Shown here one piece after another: positions 40,041 to 52,053 of a stretch of DNA of 64,000 nucleotides. Position numbers and translations under genes: made by a program. The stretch is from contig CAWFLT010000007.1 in NCBI GenBank assembly GCA_963816795.1, positions 5,877 to 69,876 on the forward strand, written 5' to 3'. Under the pieces are notes generated by a model. It saw nothing but the letters and a program-made list of their open reading frames with translations, searched no databases and had not been told where the DNA came from. The number at the start of each line of letters is the position of its first letter. Position 1 is the first letter of the stretch. This stretch comes from an uncultured Acidobacteriota bacterium. Its GTDB lineage: Bacteria > Acidobacteriota > Vicinamibacteria > Vicinamibacterales > SCN-69-37.

Positions 40041-41183
40041 TCAATCAATCTCGATAATGCCCGATCGCTCGCCGTCCGATGGCCGGTCGATGGTCACCAT
40101 CGCAGGCTGAGCGCTTTCCTCTGCGGCGCGAGGCAGCCGGGTCTGCGCAAAGTGGCGAACTTCGCGCACGACGTCGTCGTCGGTGGGCGGGACGGGGCGT
40201 TCGTGGAGGCGCACGTAGAGGCGGAGCATCGGATCGTCGAACGTGTAGCGCTTGCCCTGCGAGCGAATGAGGTCGACGTCCTCGAGCCACGAGAGATAGT
40301 CCTTGGTCGAGCCCGGCGTCCGGCGGAGGTGCTGCGCGATCTCGGTGAGATTCAACGGCTCGTCGTCGGCGAGGATGCCGAGAATCGCCTTGAGGGCGCC
40401 ATAGCCGCGCGCGCGGTGCAGGCGGAATTCGTAGCTCTCCCGGCAGCGGGCGGCCAGCCGGCCGTCCGGAGCGAGCAGGGCCGCGAGCGCCGCCACCGGA
40501 TCGATCGCGGGTCCCATCGTCGCGAGCGCTTCGAGGAGCAGATGCACGTAGGCCGCGCGTCCGGCCGACAACGCGGCGACCGGCGCAGCGATCTGCTCGG
40601 CCCAGTCGCGGCGGCCCCCGTCGATGAGCAACGCGAGCGAGACGATCTCGACCGTCTGGAGCGGTGGCACGTGCACGACTTCGAAGCGCGCCGGCGCATC
40701 GCGGAGCAGCCGGTGCGCGCGTGCCGTGAACTTCGACGCCAGGACGAAGCTCGACGGGCTCGCCGCCAGGCGCGCGACGACTTCGCGTTGAACGTGCCTG
40801 AGTCCCGGGAAGCTCTCGAACGTCCGGATGTCGAGGGCTTCATCGAGGAGAAACATCGGGGCGGTGCCGTCGGCGCCGAGGGAGCGATCGAAGAAGCCCA
40901 TCCACTCTTCGAACGCCGCACGCGTGTTCGCTGCCGGAACATACGGGCCGCTCGGCGCAGGCCGCAGGCGGCTGGTCAGCCTCGTCGTCGCCAGGCACCG
41001 TTCCGGAGTCGTCGCCGATGCGGCGAGATTCAGGTACTGCGCCCGCTCCGCGCCCAGCAGGCGCTCGATCCGCAAGAGCAGCGACGTGCGGCCGGAACCG
41101 CAGCCACCGAGGACGACGGGAATCCGGCCGGCATCGGTCGAGGCCAGGATGCGGTGCTCCAGCGCCGGCCGCTCGATGATCAC
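40041..41183 (-). CDS. P-loop ATPase with a C-terminal winged-helix (archaeal-ATPase/DUF234-like)
   Basis: Walker A reads [14 protein letters not shown], Walker B-like MFLLDEALD, and the C-terminal w[33 protein letters not shown]. Its start overlaps the hutU stop by 4 nt. Confidence 0.65.
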   Translation of the reverse strand: MIIERPALEHRILASTDAGRIPVVLGGCGSGRTSLLLRIERLLGAERAQYLNLAASATTPERCLATTRLTSRLRPAPSGPYVPAANTRAAFEEWMGFFDRSLGADGTAPMFLLDEALDIRTFESFPGLRHVQREVVARLAASPSSFVLASKFTARAHRLLRDAPARFEVVHVPPLQTVEIVSLALLIDGGRRDWAEQIAAPVAALSAGRAAYVHLLLEALATMGPAIDPVAALAALLAPDGRLAARCRESYEFRLHRARGYGALKAILGILADDEPLNLTEIAQHLRRTPGSTKDYLSWLEDVDLIRSQGKRYTFDDPMLRLYVRLHERPVPPTDDDVVREVRHFAQTRLPRAAEESAQPAMVTIDRPSDGERSGIIEID

Positions 41184-42859
41184 GACGAGGACTCCGTCGG
41201 ACGGCCGAGCATCGGGATCCGGACGCCGCGCTCGCGCGCCGTCTCGATCGCGAGAGGGTAGCCCGCGTCGGCGTGCCGGGCGACGCCGATGCCGGGATCG
41301 GACGTGAGCACACGCTCGAGCTTCTCGTCGGCCTCGCGGGAGCCGTCGGCGACGACCACCATGCCGGCGTGGAGCGAGTAGCCGATGCCGACGCCGCCCC
41401 CGTGATGCACGGACACCCAGGTGGCCCCCGATGAGGTATTCAGGAGGGCATTCAGCACGGGCCAGTCGGCGATCGCGTCGCTGCCGTCGAGCATCCCCTC
41501 GGTCTCGCGATTGGGTGACGCCACCGATCCCGTATCGAGGTGGTCGCGGCCGATGACGATGGGGGCCTGCACGACGCCGCGACGGACCAGGTCGTTCAAG
41601 GCCAGGCCAAATCGCGCGCGCTCGCCGTACCCCAGCCAGAAGATTCGTGCCGGCAAGCCTTGAAACGCGACTCGTTCACGAGCCATCCGGATCCACCGGC
41701 AGAGCGCCTCGTCGCCGGCGAACATCTCGAGCGCCAACTGGTCGGTCGCGTCGATGTCCGCAGGATCGCCGGAGAGCGCGGCCCAGCGGAACGGCCCCTT
41801 GCCCTCGCAAAAGAGCGGGCGGACGTACTCCGGCACGAAGCCGGGGATATCGAAGGCGTTGGCGACGCCGGCCTGCTCGGCCTGGGCGCGCAGGTTGTTG
41901 CCGTAGTCGAACACCACGGCGCCTCGCGACTGGAGCGCGAGCATGGCGCGGACGTGCGTGGCCATGGCGCGCATGGCCTCTGCCACGTACTCGTCCGGCG
42001 CGCGCGCGCGCAGGCGTGCGGCCGCCGCGAGCGAGTGGCCGTTGGGCACGTAGCCGAGCAGCGCATCGTGCGCGGAGGTCTGATCGGTGACGATGTCGGG
42101 CGTCACGCCCCGAGCGACGAGCTCGGGCAGGACGTCAGCGGCGTTGGCTTCGAGGCCAATCGAGCGGGCGACGCCCTGCCGGCAGCAGTCGGCGGCCCGC
42201 GCCAGCGCGGCGTCCAGCGAGGGCGCCGTTTCGTCGAGATAGCGTGTCGCCAGCCGTCGCGCGATCCGCGCCGGATCGACGTCGACGACGAGCGCGACGC
42301 CGCCGTTCATCGTCACCGCGAGCGGCTGGGCGCCGCCCATGCCGCCGAGACCGGCGGTCACCGTGAGGCGGCCGCGAAGCGACCCGCCGAAATGGCGGCG
42401 CGCCACCGCGGCGAGGGTCTCGTAGGTCCCCTGCAGGATGCCTTGGGTGCCGATATAAATCCACGATCCGGCGGTCATCTGTCCGTACATCGTCAAGCCG
42501 CGATCTTCGAGATCGCGAAACTTCTGCCAAGTCGCCCAGGCCGGAACCAGCAGGGAATTGGCAATCAGCACGCGCGGTGCCCACGCGTGGGTGCGGAAAA
42601 CCGCGACGGGTTTGCCCGACTGGACGAGCAGGGTCTCGTCGTGATCGAGCTGGCGGAGCGCGTCGACAATCGCATCGAAGGCCGGCCAGTTGCGCGCCGC
42701 CCGGCCCGTGCCGCCGTAGACGACCAGATCTTCCGGCCGTTCGGCGACGTCGGGGTCGAGGTTGTTCATCAGCATGCGCAGCGCCGCTTCCTGCGGCCAG
42801 CCCTTGCAGGAGAGGGTGGTCCCGCGTGGTGCGCGAATCGTGCGCGTGGCGATCGACAT
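41180..42859 (-). CDS. hutU: Urocanate hydratase
   Basis: The 559-aa ORF reads [60 protein letters not shown]. Confidence 0.9.
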   Translation of the reverse strand: MSIATRTIRAPRGTTLSCKGWPQEAALRMLMNNLDPDVAERPEDLVVYGGTGRAARNWPAFDAIVDALRQLDHDETLLVQSGKPVAVFRTHAWAPRVLIANSLLVPAWATWQKFRDLEDRGLTMYGQMTAGSWIYIGTQGILQGTYETLAAVARRHFGGSLRGRLTVTAGLGGMGGAQPLAVTMNGGVALVVDVDPARIARRLATRYLDETAPSLDAALARAADCCRQGVARSIGLEANAADVLPELVARGVTPDIVTDQTSAHDALLGYVPNGHSLAAAARLRARAPDEYVAEAMRAMATHVRAMLALQSRGAVVFDYGNNLRAQAEQAGVANAFDIPGFVPEYVRPLFCEGKGPFRWAALSGDPADIDATDQLALEMFAGDEALCRWIRMARERVAFQGLPARIFWLGYGERARFGLALNDLVRRGVVQAPIVIGRDHLDTGSVASPNRETEGMLDGSDAIADWPVLNALLNTSSGATWVSVHHGGGVGIGYSLHAGMVVVADGSREADEKLERVLTSDPGIGVARHADAGYPLAIETARERGVRIPMLGRPTESSS

Positions 42860-42966
42860 TGCGATACTGGTGAGCAGGTCCGCAGTCTAGGGAAGTCGTC
42901 ACTGTAAAGAACGGCTTCCACCGTGTCAACGATTGACAACTCGTGCCGTTCCAAGTTGGAACGGCT

Positions 42967-45875
<2,909 letters not shown>

Positions 45876-45882
45876 GAAGAAC

Positions 45883-45938
45883 GAGGGCACGGAGAAGAGC
45901 TAGAGGGCACGGAGAAGAGCGTTCACCTCGCTCCGTGC
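45883..45938. repeat. Direct repeat GAGGGCACGGAGAAGAGC x2 followed by a partial inverted copy (CTCCGTGC)
   Basis: The copies are at 45883-45900 and 45903-45920, with CTCCGTGC at 45931-45938 complementary to GCACGGAG. The element lies in the spacer between convergent purA and the bacilliredoxin gene. Confidence 0.8.
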
Positions 45939-45966
45939 TGGACGTTGCCTGTAGCTCGCCGCCGGA

Positions 45967-46428
45967 TCAGTGGGCGCTGGCCGCCGCTGGCGCGCAGAAC
46001 TTGTCGAACGCCATCGTGAGCAGGTCGGAGATGCCCTGCGCGGATCGCTGCTCGATGTCGCGCCGCTCGACCATGTAGATCAGCTTGCCGTCGCGCATCA
46101 GCGCGATCGAGGGCGACGAAGGCGGAAACCCGGTGAAGTACTGGCGCGCACGGTCGGTCGCGTCAACGTCAGCGCCGGCGAACACGGTCGCCACGGTATC
46201 GGGCCGATTGGCGTGCTGCAACGCCATGGCGATGCCGGGTCGGGCCTTGCCTGCGGCGCACCCGCACACAGAGTTGACGACCATCATGGTCACGCCCGGC
46301 GACGTGAGCACGGTGTCGACGTCAGCGGCAGTGCGGCACTCGCGCGCGCCAACAGAGACCAGTTCTTGACGCATCGGAGCGACGAGATATTCGGGATAAG
46401 GCAAAGCAAAACCTCCAGGAAGCGACAC
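45967..46428 (-). CDS. Bacilliredoxin-like (BrxA/BrxB, DUF1094) thioredoxin-fold protein
   Basis: The 153-aa ORF has the VVNSVCGCAAG redox motif and reads ..FAGADVDATDRARQYF..PSSPSIALMRDGKL. Confidence 0.75.
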   Translation of the reverse strand: MSLPGGFALPYPEYLVAPMRQELVSVGARECRTAADVDTVLTSPGVTMMVVNSVCGCAAGKARPGIAMALQHANRPDTVATVFAGADVDATDRARQYFTGFPPSSPSIALMRDGKLIYMVERRDIEQRSAQGISDLLTMAFDKFCAPAAASAH

Positions 46429-46524
46429 CGGCGTTCTGACGCCGGCACTGCGATCAATTATAGAGGACGACGACCGGCGATTCCTCGCTTGAGTCGACCC
46501 TGCTCATGTCCGACGTCCGCGCTG

Positions 46525-47499
46525 GTGCTGTTCGACCTCGACGACACCCTGTTCGACCATTCGCACGCGACCGAGCGGGCCCTTGCCCGGCTGCGCCGGG
46601 CCGAGCCGGCGCTCGCGGCCTGGACGAGCGAGGAGCTCCAGACCCGCCACGGCGCGGTGCTGGAGACCCTCCACCAGGAGGTGCTGGCTGGCGCGCTCTC
46701 GATCGACGCGGCGCGGGAGGAGAGATTCCGGCGCCTGCTCACGGCGGCGTCCTCCAGTGAACTGGCCGCGCGCCGGGCCGCCGTCGTGGCCGCTCTGTAT
46801 CGCGACAGCTACGCCCGCGAGTGGCGCGCCGTGCCCGGCGCTGTCGCCCTGCTCGAGGCGCTCAAGCGCGCCGGCGTCGGCGTGACGGTCATTACGAACA
46901 ACCTGACGGCCGAGCAGCGCAGGAAGATCGACGGCGTCGGCCTGGCGCCGCTCGTCGACCACCTGATCACCTCAGAGGCGGTCGGGGTGAAGAAGCCGGA
47001 CGCGGCGATCTTCCGGGCGGCGCTCGACGCGTCAGGTACCAGGGCCAATGAGGCGGTCGTGCTCGGCGATGCCTGGCCGATCGACATCGCGGGCGCGCAG
47101 GCGGCCGGCATCCGCGCGGTCTGGTTCAATCGGACCGGCCTGCCGAGCCCGGATGCGTCAGTGCCGGAGCTCCGATCGCTCGAGCCGATCGAGCACGCAG
47201 TGTGGGCTGCTGCTGACAGGAGCCTAGAAGGTACGAGGCGCGTACCGCGTTCTTACTTAGGGCGCCGTGTGGGACCTGGTGTGGAACCCGGCGGCCTCGA
47301 GCTCGCCTCTCAGCTCGTCGAAGATCTTTCGCGCTGCCGCGGCATCGCCGGTCAGCTTCAGCAGCCGGTCGACGCCGAACATCCTGAAGCGGATGGCTTC
47401 CATGTGAAACGCCGCGATCGCGCGCTGGAGCGCCTCGGCGGTCTCCAGCAACTCAGGGGTGTGTTCTGTCGTCGGCAGCGCGCGCAGGGCGATGAGTAA
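46525..47499 (+). CDS. HAD-superfamily hydrolase (subfamily IA-like); both ends uncertain
   Basis: It has VLFDLDDTLFDH (motif I), VITNN (motif II) and KKPDAAIF..VVLGDAWPIDIAGAQAAGIRAVWF (motifs III/IV). HAD similarity ends near 47220, but the frame stays open to 47499, antisense to the convergent ORF 47257..47541. The ATG at 46506 (MSDVRA..) is one frame off and may be the true start. Confidence 0.6.
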   Translation: MLFDLDDTLFDHSHATERALARLRRAEPALAAWTSEELQTRHGAVLETLHQEVLAGALSIDAAREERFRRLLTAASSSELAARRAAVVAALYRDSYAREWRAVPGAVALLEALKRAGVGVTVITNNLTAEQRRKIDGVGLAPLVDHLITSEAVGVKKPDAAIFRAALDASGTRANEAVVLGDAWPIDIAGAQAAGIRAVWFNRTGLPSPDASVPELRSLEPIEHAVWAAADRSLEGTRRVPRSYLGRRVGPGVEPGGLELASQLVEDLSRCRGIAGQLQQPVDAEHPEADGFHVKRRDRALERLGGLQQLRGVFCRRQRAQGDE

Positions 47500-47541
47500 G
47501 GCGTCGATCTTCGCCAACGACGCCGCGGTCTTCTCTGACAT
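47257..47541 (-). CDS. Small helical hypothetical protein (94 aa)
   Basis: It has very high GC3 and a non-repetitive sequence (MSEKTAASLAKIDALLIALRALPTTEHTPELLETAEALQRAIAAFHMEAIRF..). Confidence 0.5.
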   Translation of the reverse strand: MSEKTAASLAKIDALLIALRALPTTEHTPELLETAEALQRAIAAFHMEAIRFRMFGVDRLLKLTGDAAAARKIFDELRGELEAAGFHTRSHTAP

Positions 47542-47571
47542 CGGACGCTATTCTGTCATACAGACTGTTTT

Positions 47572-47906
47572 CAATGGGTAATGGGTAATCGGCAATCTGC
47601 AATGGCAGAGACATCGGCAATCGGCAATCCCGATGGGCAATCGGGAAATCGACAATCTGTGGATGGGGAAAGTGAAATGGGGAATGTTTCGATGGGAAAT
47701 GGCAAATGGACAATGGGCGCCCATTGTCCATTACCCATTCTCCATCGGTGTTGTCCGTTGCCGATTATCCATTGTCGATCGGCGTTGTCCGATTGCCGAT
47801 TACCCATTGTCGATCGGTGTTGTCCGATTGCCGATTACCCATTGTCCATCGGGATTGTCCATTGCCGATGTGTTTGCCATTGCAGATTACCGATTGCAGA
47901 TTATCG
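47572..47906. repeat. About 330-bp imperfect palindrome made of CAATGGG/CAATCGG-type oligomers, with a 35-bp tandem duplication in the right arm
   Basis: A perfect 24-bp palindromic centre TGGACAATGGGC|GCCCATTGTCCA lies at 47707-47730. The outer arms AATCTGCAATGGCAGAGACATCGGCAATCGGCAATCCCGATGGGCAAT (from 47594) pair with the reverse complement of 47840-47888 at roughly 90 percent by eye. The 35-bp unit ATTGTCGATCGG(C/T)GTTGTCCGATTGCCGATTACCC is repeated at 47771-47805 and 47806-47840. Confidence 0.9.
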
Positions 47907-47911
47907 ATGAA

Positions 47912-48766
47912 CTACTTCGTTCCATGCATCCGCTCGAGGCGGCGGGTGGTGAGCCGGGCGAAGATCGAGCAGGCGAGGACCAGGGTCACCAACACGAGCG
48001 CGCCGGCCCACGCTTGACGGTGCCAGTCGTCGTACGGCGCGATCGCATAAGTGAAAATCTGGACCGTGAGCGACCCCATCGGTTCGGTCAGGCTGGTTGA
48101 CCAGAAGCGGTTGCTCAGTGCGGTAAAGAGCAGCGGCGCTGTCTCACCGGCGATCCGGGCCAGGGCCAGGACGATTCCGGTGATGATGCCTGGGAGGGCC
48201 GCCGGAAGCACGACGGTGAACACCGCACGGCCACGAGTCGCGCCGAGGGCGAGCGCGCCTTCTCGCAACGACATCGGCACCAGTCGCAGCAGTTCTTCGG
48301 TCGTGCGCGTGATGATGGGAATCATCATGATGCCCAGCGCGAGACTCCCTGCCAGCGCCGAGAACTTTCTGAAGGGCAGGACCGCGACGGCGTACACGAA
48401 GACGCCGATGACGATCGACGGGACCCCGTTGAGCGTGTCGGCAGCGAACCGAACGGCCGACGCAAAGCGCGACCCCTGATACTCGGCGACGTAGATGCCG
48501 CTCATCACGCCGATCGGCACCGCCCACAACGCGCCGATCGCGCACATGATGAGCGACCCGATGATCGCGTTCGCCATGCCGCCGCCGACTTCGCCGACCG
48601 GGCGGGGCACTTCGGTAAAGAACTCCAGATTCAGCGCCTGCACACCCTGCGAGACGACAAAGAACAGGATGTACGCGAGCGGAATGAGCGCAATCAGCAC
48701 CGACAGCGTGGCGAGCCCCGTCATGAAGGCGGAGACGACGCGGCGACGGAAGTCACGGCCCGTCAT
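47912..48766 (-). CDS. pstA: Phosphate ABC transporter permease PstA
   Basis: The start MTGRDFRRR.. at 48766 overlaps the pstC stop (ATGA). It reads ..GGMANAIIGS..REGALALGATRGRAVFTVVLPAALPGIITG..ARIAGETAPLLFTA. Confidence 0.9.
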   Translation of the reverse strand: MTGRDFRRRVVSAFMTGLATLSVLIALIPLAYILFFVVSQGVQALNLEFFTEVPRPVGEVGGGMANAIIGSLIMCAIGALWAVPIGVMSGIYVAEYQGSRFASAVRFAADTLNGVPSIVIGVFVYAVAVLPFRKFSALAGSLALGIMMIPIITRTTEELLRLVPMSLREGALALGATRGRAVFTVVLPAALPGIITGIVLALARIAGETAPLLFTALSNRFWSTSLTEPMGSLTVQIFTYAIAPYDDWHRQAWAGALVLVTLVLACSIFARLTTRRLERMHGTK

Positions 48767-49719
48767 GTCGGCAGCGCCTCGGCGGCTGGTGGAGCGGCCT
48801 TCGCCGCGACCGGCGGCCGCGTCATCCGCCAGATCAGCAACCTCGACGCGAAATTGACGACGAGCGTGATGACGAACAGCACGAGGCCGATCTCGACGAG
48901 GGCGTGGAGGTGCAGTTCTTCGACGGCCTCGCTGAACTCGTTGGCGATGACCGCGGCCATCGTGTACTGCGGCGAGAAGAGCGACCAGCTCACTTTCGGG
49001 GTGTTCCCGATGACCATCGTGACGGCCATCGTCTCCCCGAGAGCGCGACCGAAGCCGAGCATGATGGCGCCGATGATGCCGGTGCGCGCGTAGTGGAGGG
49101 CGACCTTCGTCGCTTCCCAGCGCGTCGCGCCAAGGGCGTAGGCGCCTTCCCGTTGCGCCGGGGGCACGGCTTTGAGCACTTCTCGAGCGACTGATGACGT
49201 GTACGGCACGACCATCACGGCGAGAATCAACGCTGCCGCCAGCATGCTCACCCCAACCGGCGGGCCGCTGAACACCGGGAGCGCCCGCATCCAGTCGGGC
49301 ATCGAGGTCTGGATGGAACGCACGAGCGGGACGAGGACGAACACGCCCCACAAGCCGTAGACGATCGACGGAATGGCCGCCAGCAATTCGGTGAGGAAGG
49401 TAAGGGGAGTGCGCACCCAGGTCGGGCTCGTCTCCGTCAGGAAGATCGCGATTCCGAGCGCGATCGGCGTCGAAATGAGCAGCGCGAGGATCGACGAGTA
49501 CAGCGTGCCCCAGATAAATGGCAGGGCGCCGAAATCGCCGGACACGGGATCCCACGTCGAGGTTCGCCAGAAGTTGAAGCCGAACTGGCGGATCGAGAGC
49601 ATCGACTCGAGCGCGAGCACCACGCCGATCGCGAAGACGGCGCTCACGAGCAGAAACGCGAACGACCCGGTCGTCAGCCGAAAGCCCAGGTCGCCCGCGC
49701 CGCGTCGGAACCAACTCAT
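48763..49719 (-). CDS. pstC: Phosphate ABC transporter permease PstC
   Basis: The start MSWFRRG.. at 49719 overlaps the pstS stop (ATGA). It reads ..GALPFIWGTLYSS..REGAYALGATRWEATKVALHYARTGIIG..GRALGETMAVTMV. Confidence 0.9.
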   Translation of the reverse strand: MSWFRRGAGDLGFRLTTGSFAFLLVSAVFAIGVVLALESMLSIRQFGFNFWRTSTWDPVSGDFGALPFIWGTLYSSILALLISTPIALGIAIFLTETSPTWVRTPLTFLTELLAAIPSIVYGLWGVFVLVPLVRSIQTSMPDWMRALPVFSGPPVGVSMLAAALILAVMVVPYTSSVAREVLKAVPPAQREGAYALGATRWEATKVALHYARTGIIGAIMLGFGRALGETMAVTMVIGNTPKVSWSLFSPQYTMAAVIANEFSEAVEELHLHALVEIGLVLFVITLVVNFASRLLIWRMTRPPVAAKAAPPAAEALPT

Positions 49720-50756
49720 GACACTTTGATCTTCTTCAGCGCTTCCAGTTCCATCTGCACGACGTTCGCGGGCAACGGTGAATACCCGAGATCCGTCGCG
49801 AACTTCTGACCGTCGGTCAAGGCCCACTTCATGAAGTCGACCATCGTCTTCGCGGCCGTCTTGTCCTTCGGCACTTCATAGAAGAGCAGCCACGTGAACG
49901 ACGAGATGGGGTAGGCGCCCTTTCCGGGAGGATTGGTGATCGACACGCGGAAGTCCGCCGGCATCTTGCCCGCCGTCGCCGCGGCGGCGGCCGTGACGGC
50001 CTCCGGCGACGACTTGACGAACACGCCGTCGGAGTTCTGCACGGCGCCGAAGGGCAGCTTGTTCTGGTTCGCGAAGACCGGTTCCATGTAGCCGATGGCG
50101 CCGGCGGTTTGCTTGACCAGCCCGGCGACGCCTTCGTTGCCCTTCGCGCCGACACCTGCCGGCCAATTGACGGAAGCCGCCACACCCACGCGCTTCAGCC
50201 ATTCAGGCGAGACCTTGCCGAGGTAGTCCACCCAGACGAACGTCGTGCCGCTGCCTTCCGACCGGTGAACGACGACGATGTCCGTGCTCGGGAGGGTGAC
50301 GCCGGGGTTGACCTTGGCCAGCGCCGCATCGTTCCACTTCGTGATCTTGCCCAGGAAGATGTCGGCCAGGATGGGGCCCGTGAACTTGAGCTCCGCCGTG
50401 ACGCCGGGCAGGTTGTACGCCGGCACGACCGAACCCAGCACGCTCGGGAAGTGCAGGATTCTGGCGGGCGCCGCGGCGAGCTGATCGTTCGTCATCGGCG
50501 AGTCGGTGGCGCCGAAGAAGACCGTCTGATTGGTCAGCTGACGGATGCCGGCGCCCGAGCCCAGGGACTGATAGTTGATCTCCACGTTCGGGTGGAGCTT
50601 GTTGTATTCGGAGAACCACTTCGAATAGATCGGGAACGGGAACGTGGCCCCGGCCCCGTTGATCTGAACCTTCTGTGCCACGACGGTCGCGCCGAGCGCG
50701 ATCGCGCACGCGCTCGCGGCGGCCACCTGCCAACGTGATGAGTTGCGTCCTCTCAT
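49716..50756 (-). CDS. pstS: Phosphate-binding protein PstS
   Basis: It has a signal peptide, then INGAGATFPFPIYSKWFSEY and ..VVHRSEGSGTTFVW... Confidence 0.9.
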   Translation of the reverse strand: MRGRNSSRWQVAAASACAIALGATVVAQKVQINGAGATFPFPIYSKWFSEYNKLHPNVEINYQSLGSGAGIRQLTNQTVFFGATDSPMTNDQLAAAPARILHFPSVLGSVVPAYNLPGVTAELKFTGPILADIFLGKITKWNDAALAKVNPGVTLPSTDIVVVHRSEGSGTTFVWVDYLGKVSPEWLKRVGVAASVNWPAGVGAKGNEGVAGLVKQTAGAIGYMEPVFANQNKLPFGAVQNSDGVFVKSSPEAVTAAAAATAGKMPADFRVSITNPPGKGAYPISSFTWLLFYEVPKDKTAAKTMVDFMKWALTDGQKFATDLGYSPLPANVVQMELEALKKIKVS

Positions 50757-50798
50757 TGCCTGCTCTCCTTGGGCTCGTCGGCCCGGGCGCTGAGCCCC

Positions 50799-51905
50799 CT
50801 AGAAACTGATCAATCCCTGCAGCATGATTCGCTGTTCCTTGGTGCCGGTGACCCGCGCAAACGTGACCTGCTCGTAGTCGAGCAGCAGCGCCGCCGTCGC
50901 GTTGCCACCGGGATGCGGGAACCAGTAAGCGGCGCCGGCGATCAGACGGTTGCGGCGCCCATCGACATCGGCATTCGGCCGAAACGAGTCGTAGCGAATG
51001 AGCGCCTCGGGGCCATCGCCCTTGACCTTGAAGAACGGCGTCACCCAGAACGAGTAGCCATCGACGTCGACCTGCGGGTTCGTTGGCAGCGCCTGGTTGA
51101 CGCCGGTGAGGTAGTCGAAACCGGCGTTGAACCACCGATGTTCGACCATGGTGTTGAAGATGAACCGATCGCGCTCGGTGTCGGCCACCGCGGCGTCGTT
51201 GTTGTAGAAGGCCGTGAAGCGCACGCCGCGCAGGAAGCCGTTGGCCGTCGCGAACGGGCGCGCCGTACCGCGAATCTGGAACGATTTCTGATCGTTGGTC
51301 TCGGCTTGCGAGTAGCCGTCGCCGTTGTAGAGACCAACATGAATCTCGCCGTAGTTGTTCGGGATCAGCGTTCGGAACGAGATCCCCGCATCCGCCGAGC
51401 TCAACCCGCCGTCGCGCTCGGCGAACGTCGTCCCCTGAAACCGATACCGGTAGACCGCCTCTGTGGAGTCGATGAACAGCGTCTGCTGAATCCCGAACCG
51501 CGCAAACGACCCGCGCCACATCCAGTCGTCCAACGCGAACTGCGCGTAGCCGTACTTCATGCGGAACACATAGCTGCCGCGCAGCGACGAGCCGGTGCCG
51601 GTTTCGCGGGAGACGTCGGGCGTGATTCTGAACGAGACGATGTGCGAGATGTTGCCGGTGACGTTGACGTACGCGCGCGGCACGTTGAACGACGAGAGCG
51701 ACACCCGGTTGCCTGCGGCGTCGGTGACTTTGGGCTGCTTCAAATAGGTGTAGTCGTAGAAGACCACGGCGCCGATCCTGATCGCCTGTGTGTCGTCGGG
51801 CGGCGTGTAGCCCGCCGTCGGGGTGACCTGCGCCGCCGCGTCGTGGGAAACCATGAGGAGGAAAGCGAAGAAGACTACGAGACTGAATCGACCGACCGAA
51901 CGCAT
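50799..51905 (-). CDS. Phosphate-selective porin (OprO/OprP-like) outer-membrane protein
   Basis: The start MRSVGRFSLVVFFAFLLMVSHDAAAQ at 51905 has AAGGAGG upstream. The sequence is beta-barrel-like and ends ..LQGLISF. It lies immediately upstream of pstS. Confidence 0.7.
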   Translation of the reverse strand: MRSVGRFSLVVFFAFLLMVSHDAAAQVTPTAGYTPPDDTQAIRIGAVVFYDYTYLKQPKVTDAAGNRVSLSSFNVPRAYVNVTGNISHIVSFRITPDVSRETGTGSSLRGSYVFRMKYGYAQFALDDWMWRGSFARFGIQQTLFIDSTEAVYRYRFQGTTFAERDGGLSSADAGISFRTLIPNNYGEIHVGLYNGDGYSQAETNDQKSFQIRGTARPFATANGFLRGVRFTAFYNNDAAVADTERDRFIFNTMVEHRWFNAGFDYLTGVNQALPTNPQVDVDGYSFWVTPFFKVKGDGPEALIRYDSFRPNADVDGRRNRLIAGAAYWFPHPGGNATAALLLDYEQVTFARVTGTKEQRIMLQGLISF

Positions 51906-51960
51906 CCGAAGCACACCGCCTCCTTGGCGTGGGCGACCCACGAGCCGCCGTCCCTCAGAG

Positions 51961-52013
51961 CGTAAAGCGCGGGAGTTACACGTGCGGGTCACCCGTGTTA
52001 CATCGACGTAAAC
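51961..52013 (-). promoter_or_regulatory. Candidate Pho-box-like array: 11-bp-phased direct repeats upstream of the porin-pst operon
   Basis: On the minus strand the array reads TTTACgtcga TGTAACacggg TGACCCgcacg TGTAACtcccg cgcTTTACg. The hexamers are in 11-bp phase and lie 56-108 nt upstream of the porin start codon. Confidence 0.3.
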
Positions 52014-52053
52014 TCGCCGGGGCAGGGCCTCGAGGCCCCGCCCCGGCGCGTCT

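Noticed and set aside
47572-47906. Possible CRISPR array, because of many short similar repeats.
   Set aside because: The repeats are degenerate 7-10-mers without unique spacers of constant length. The whole region is one inverted repeat, and no cas genes are nearby.
47581-48100. ORFs 47581..47910, 47633..48100 and 47706..48017, which encode Cys/Pro/Ile/Gly-rich repetitive peptides, as candidate RiPP-like or repeat proteins.
   Set aside because: They are translations of both arms of the palindrome in several frames, they lack SD sequences, and they overlap pstA. The periodicity comes from the DNA repeat, not from selection on a protein.
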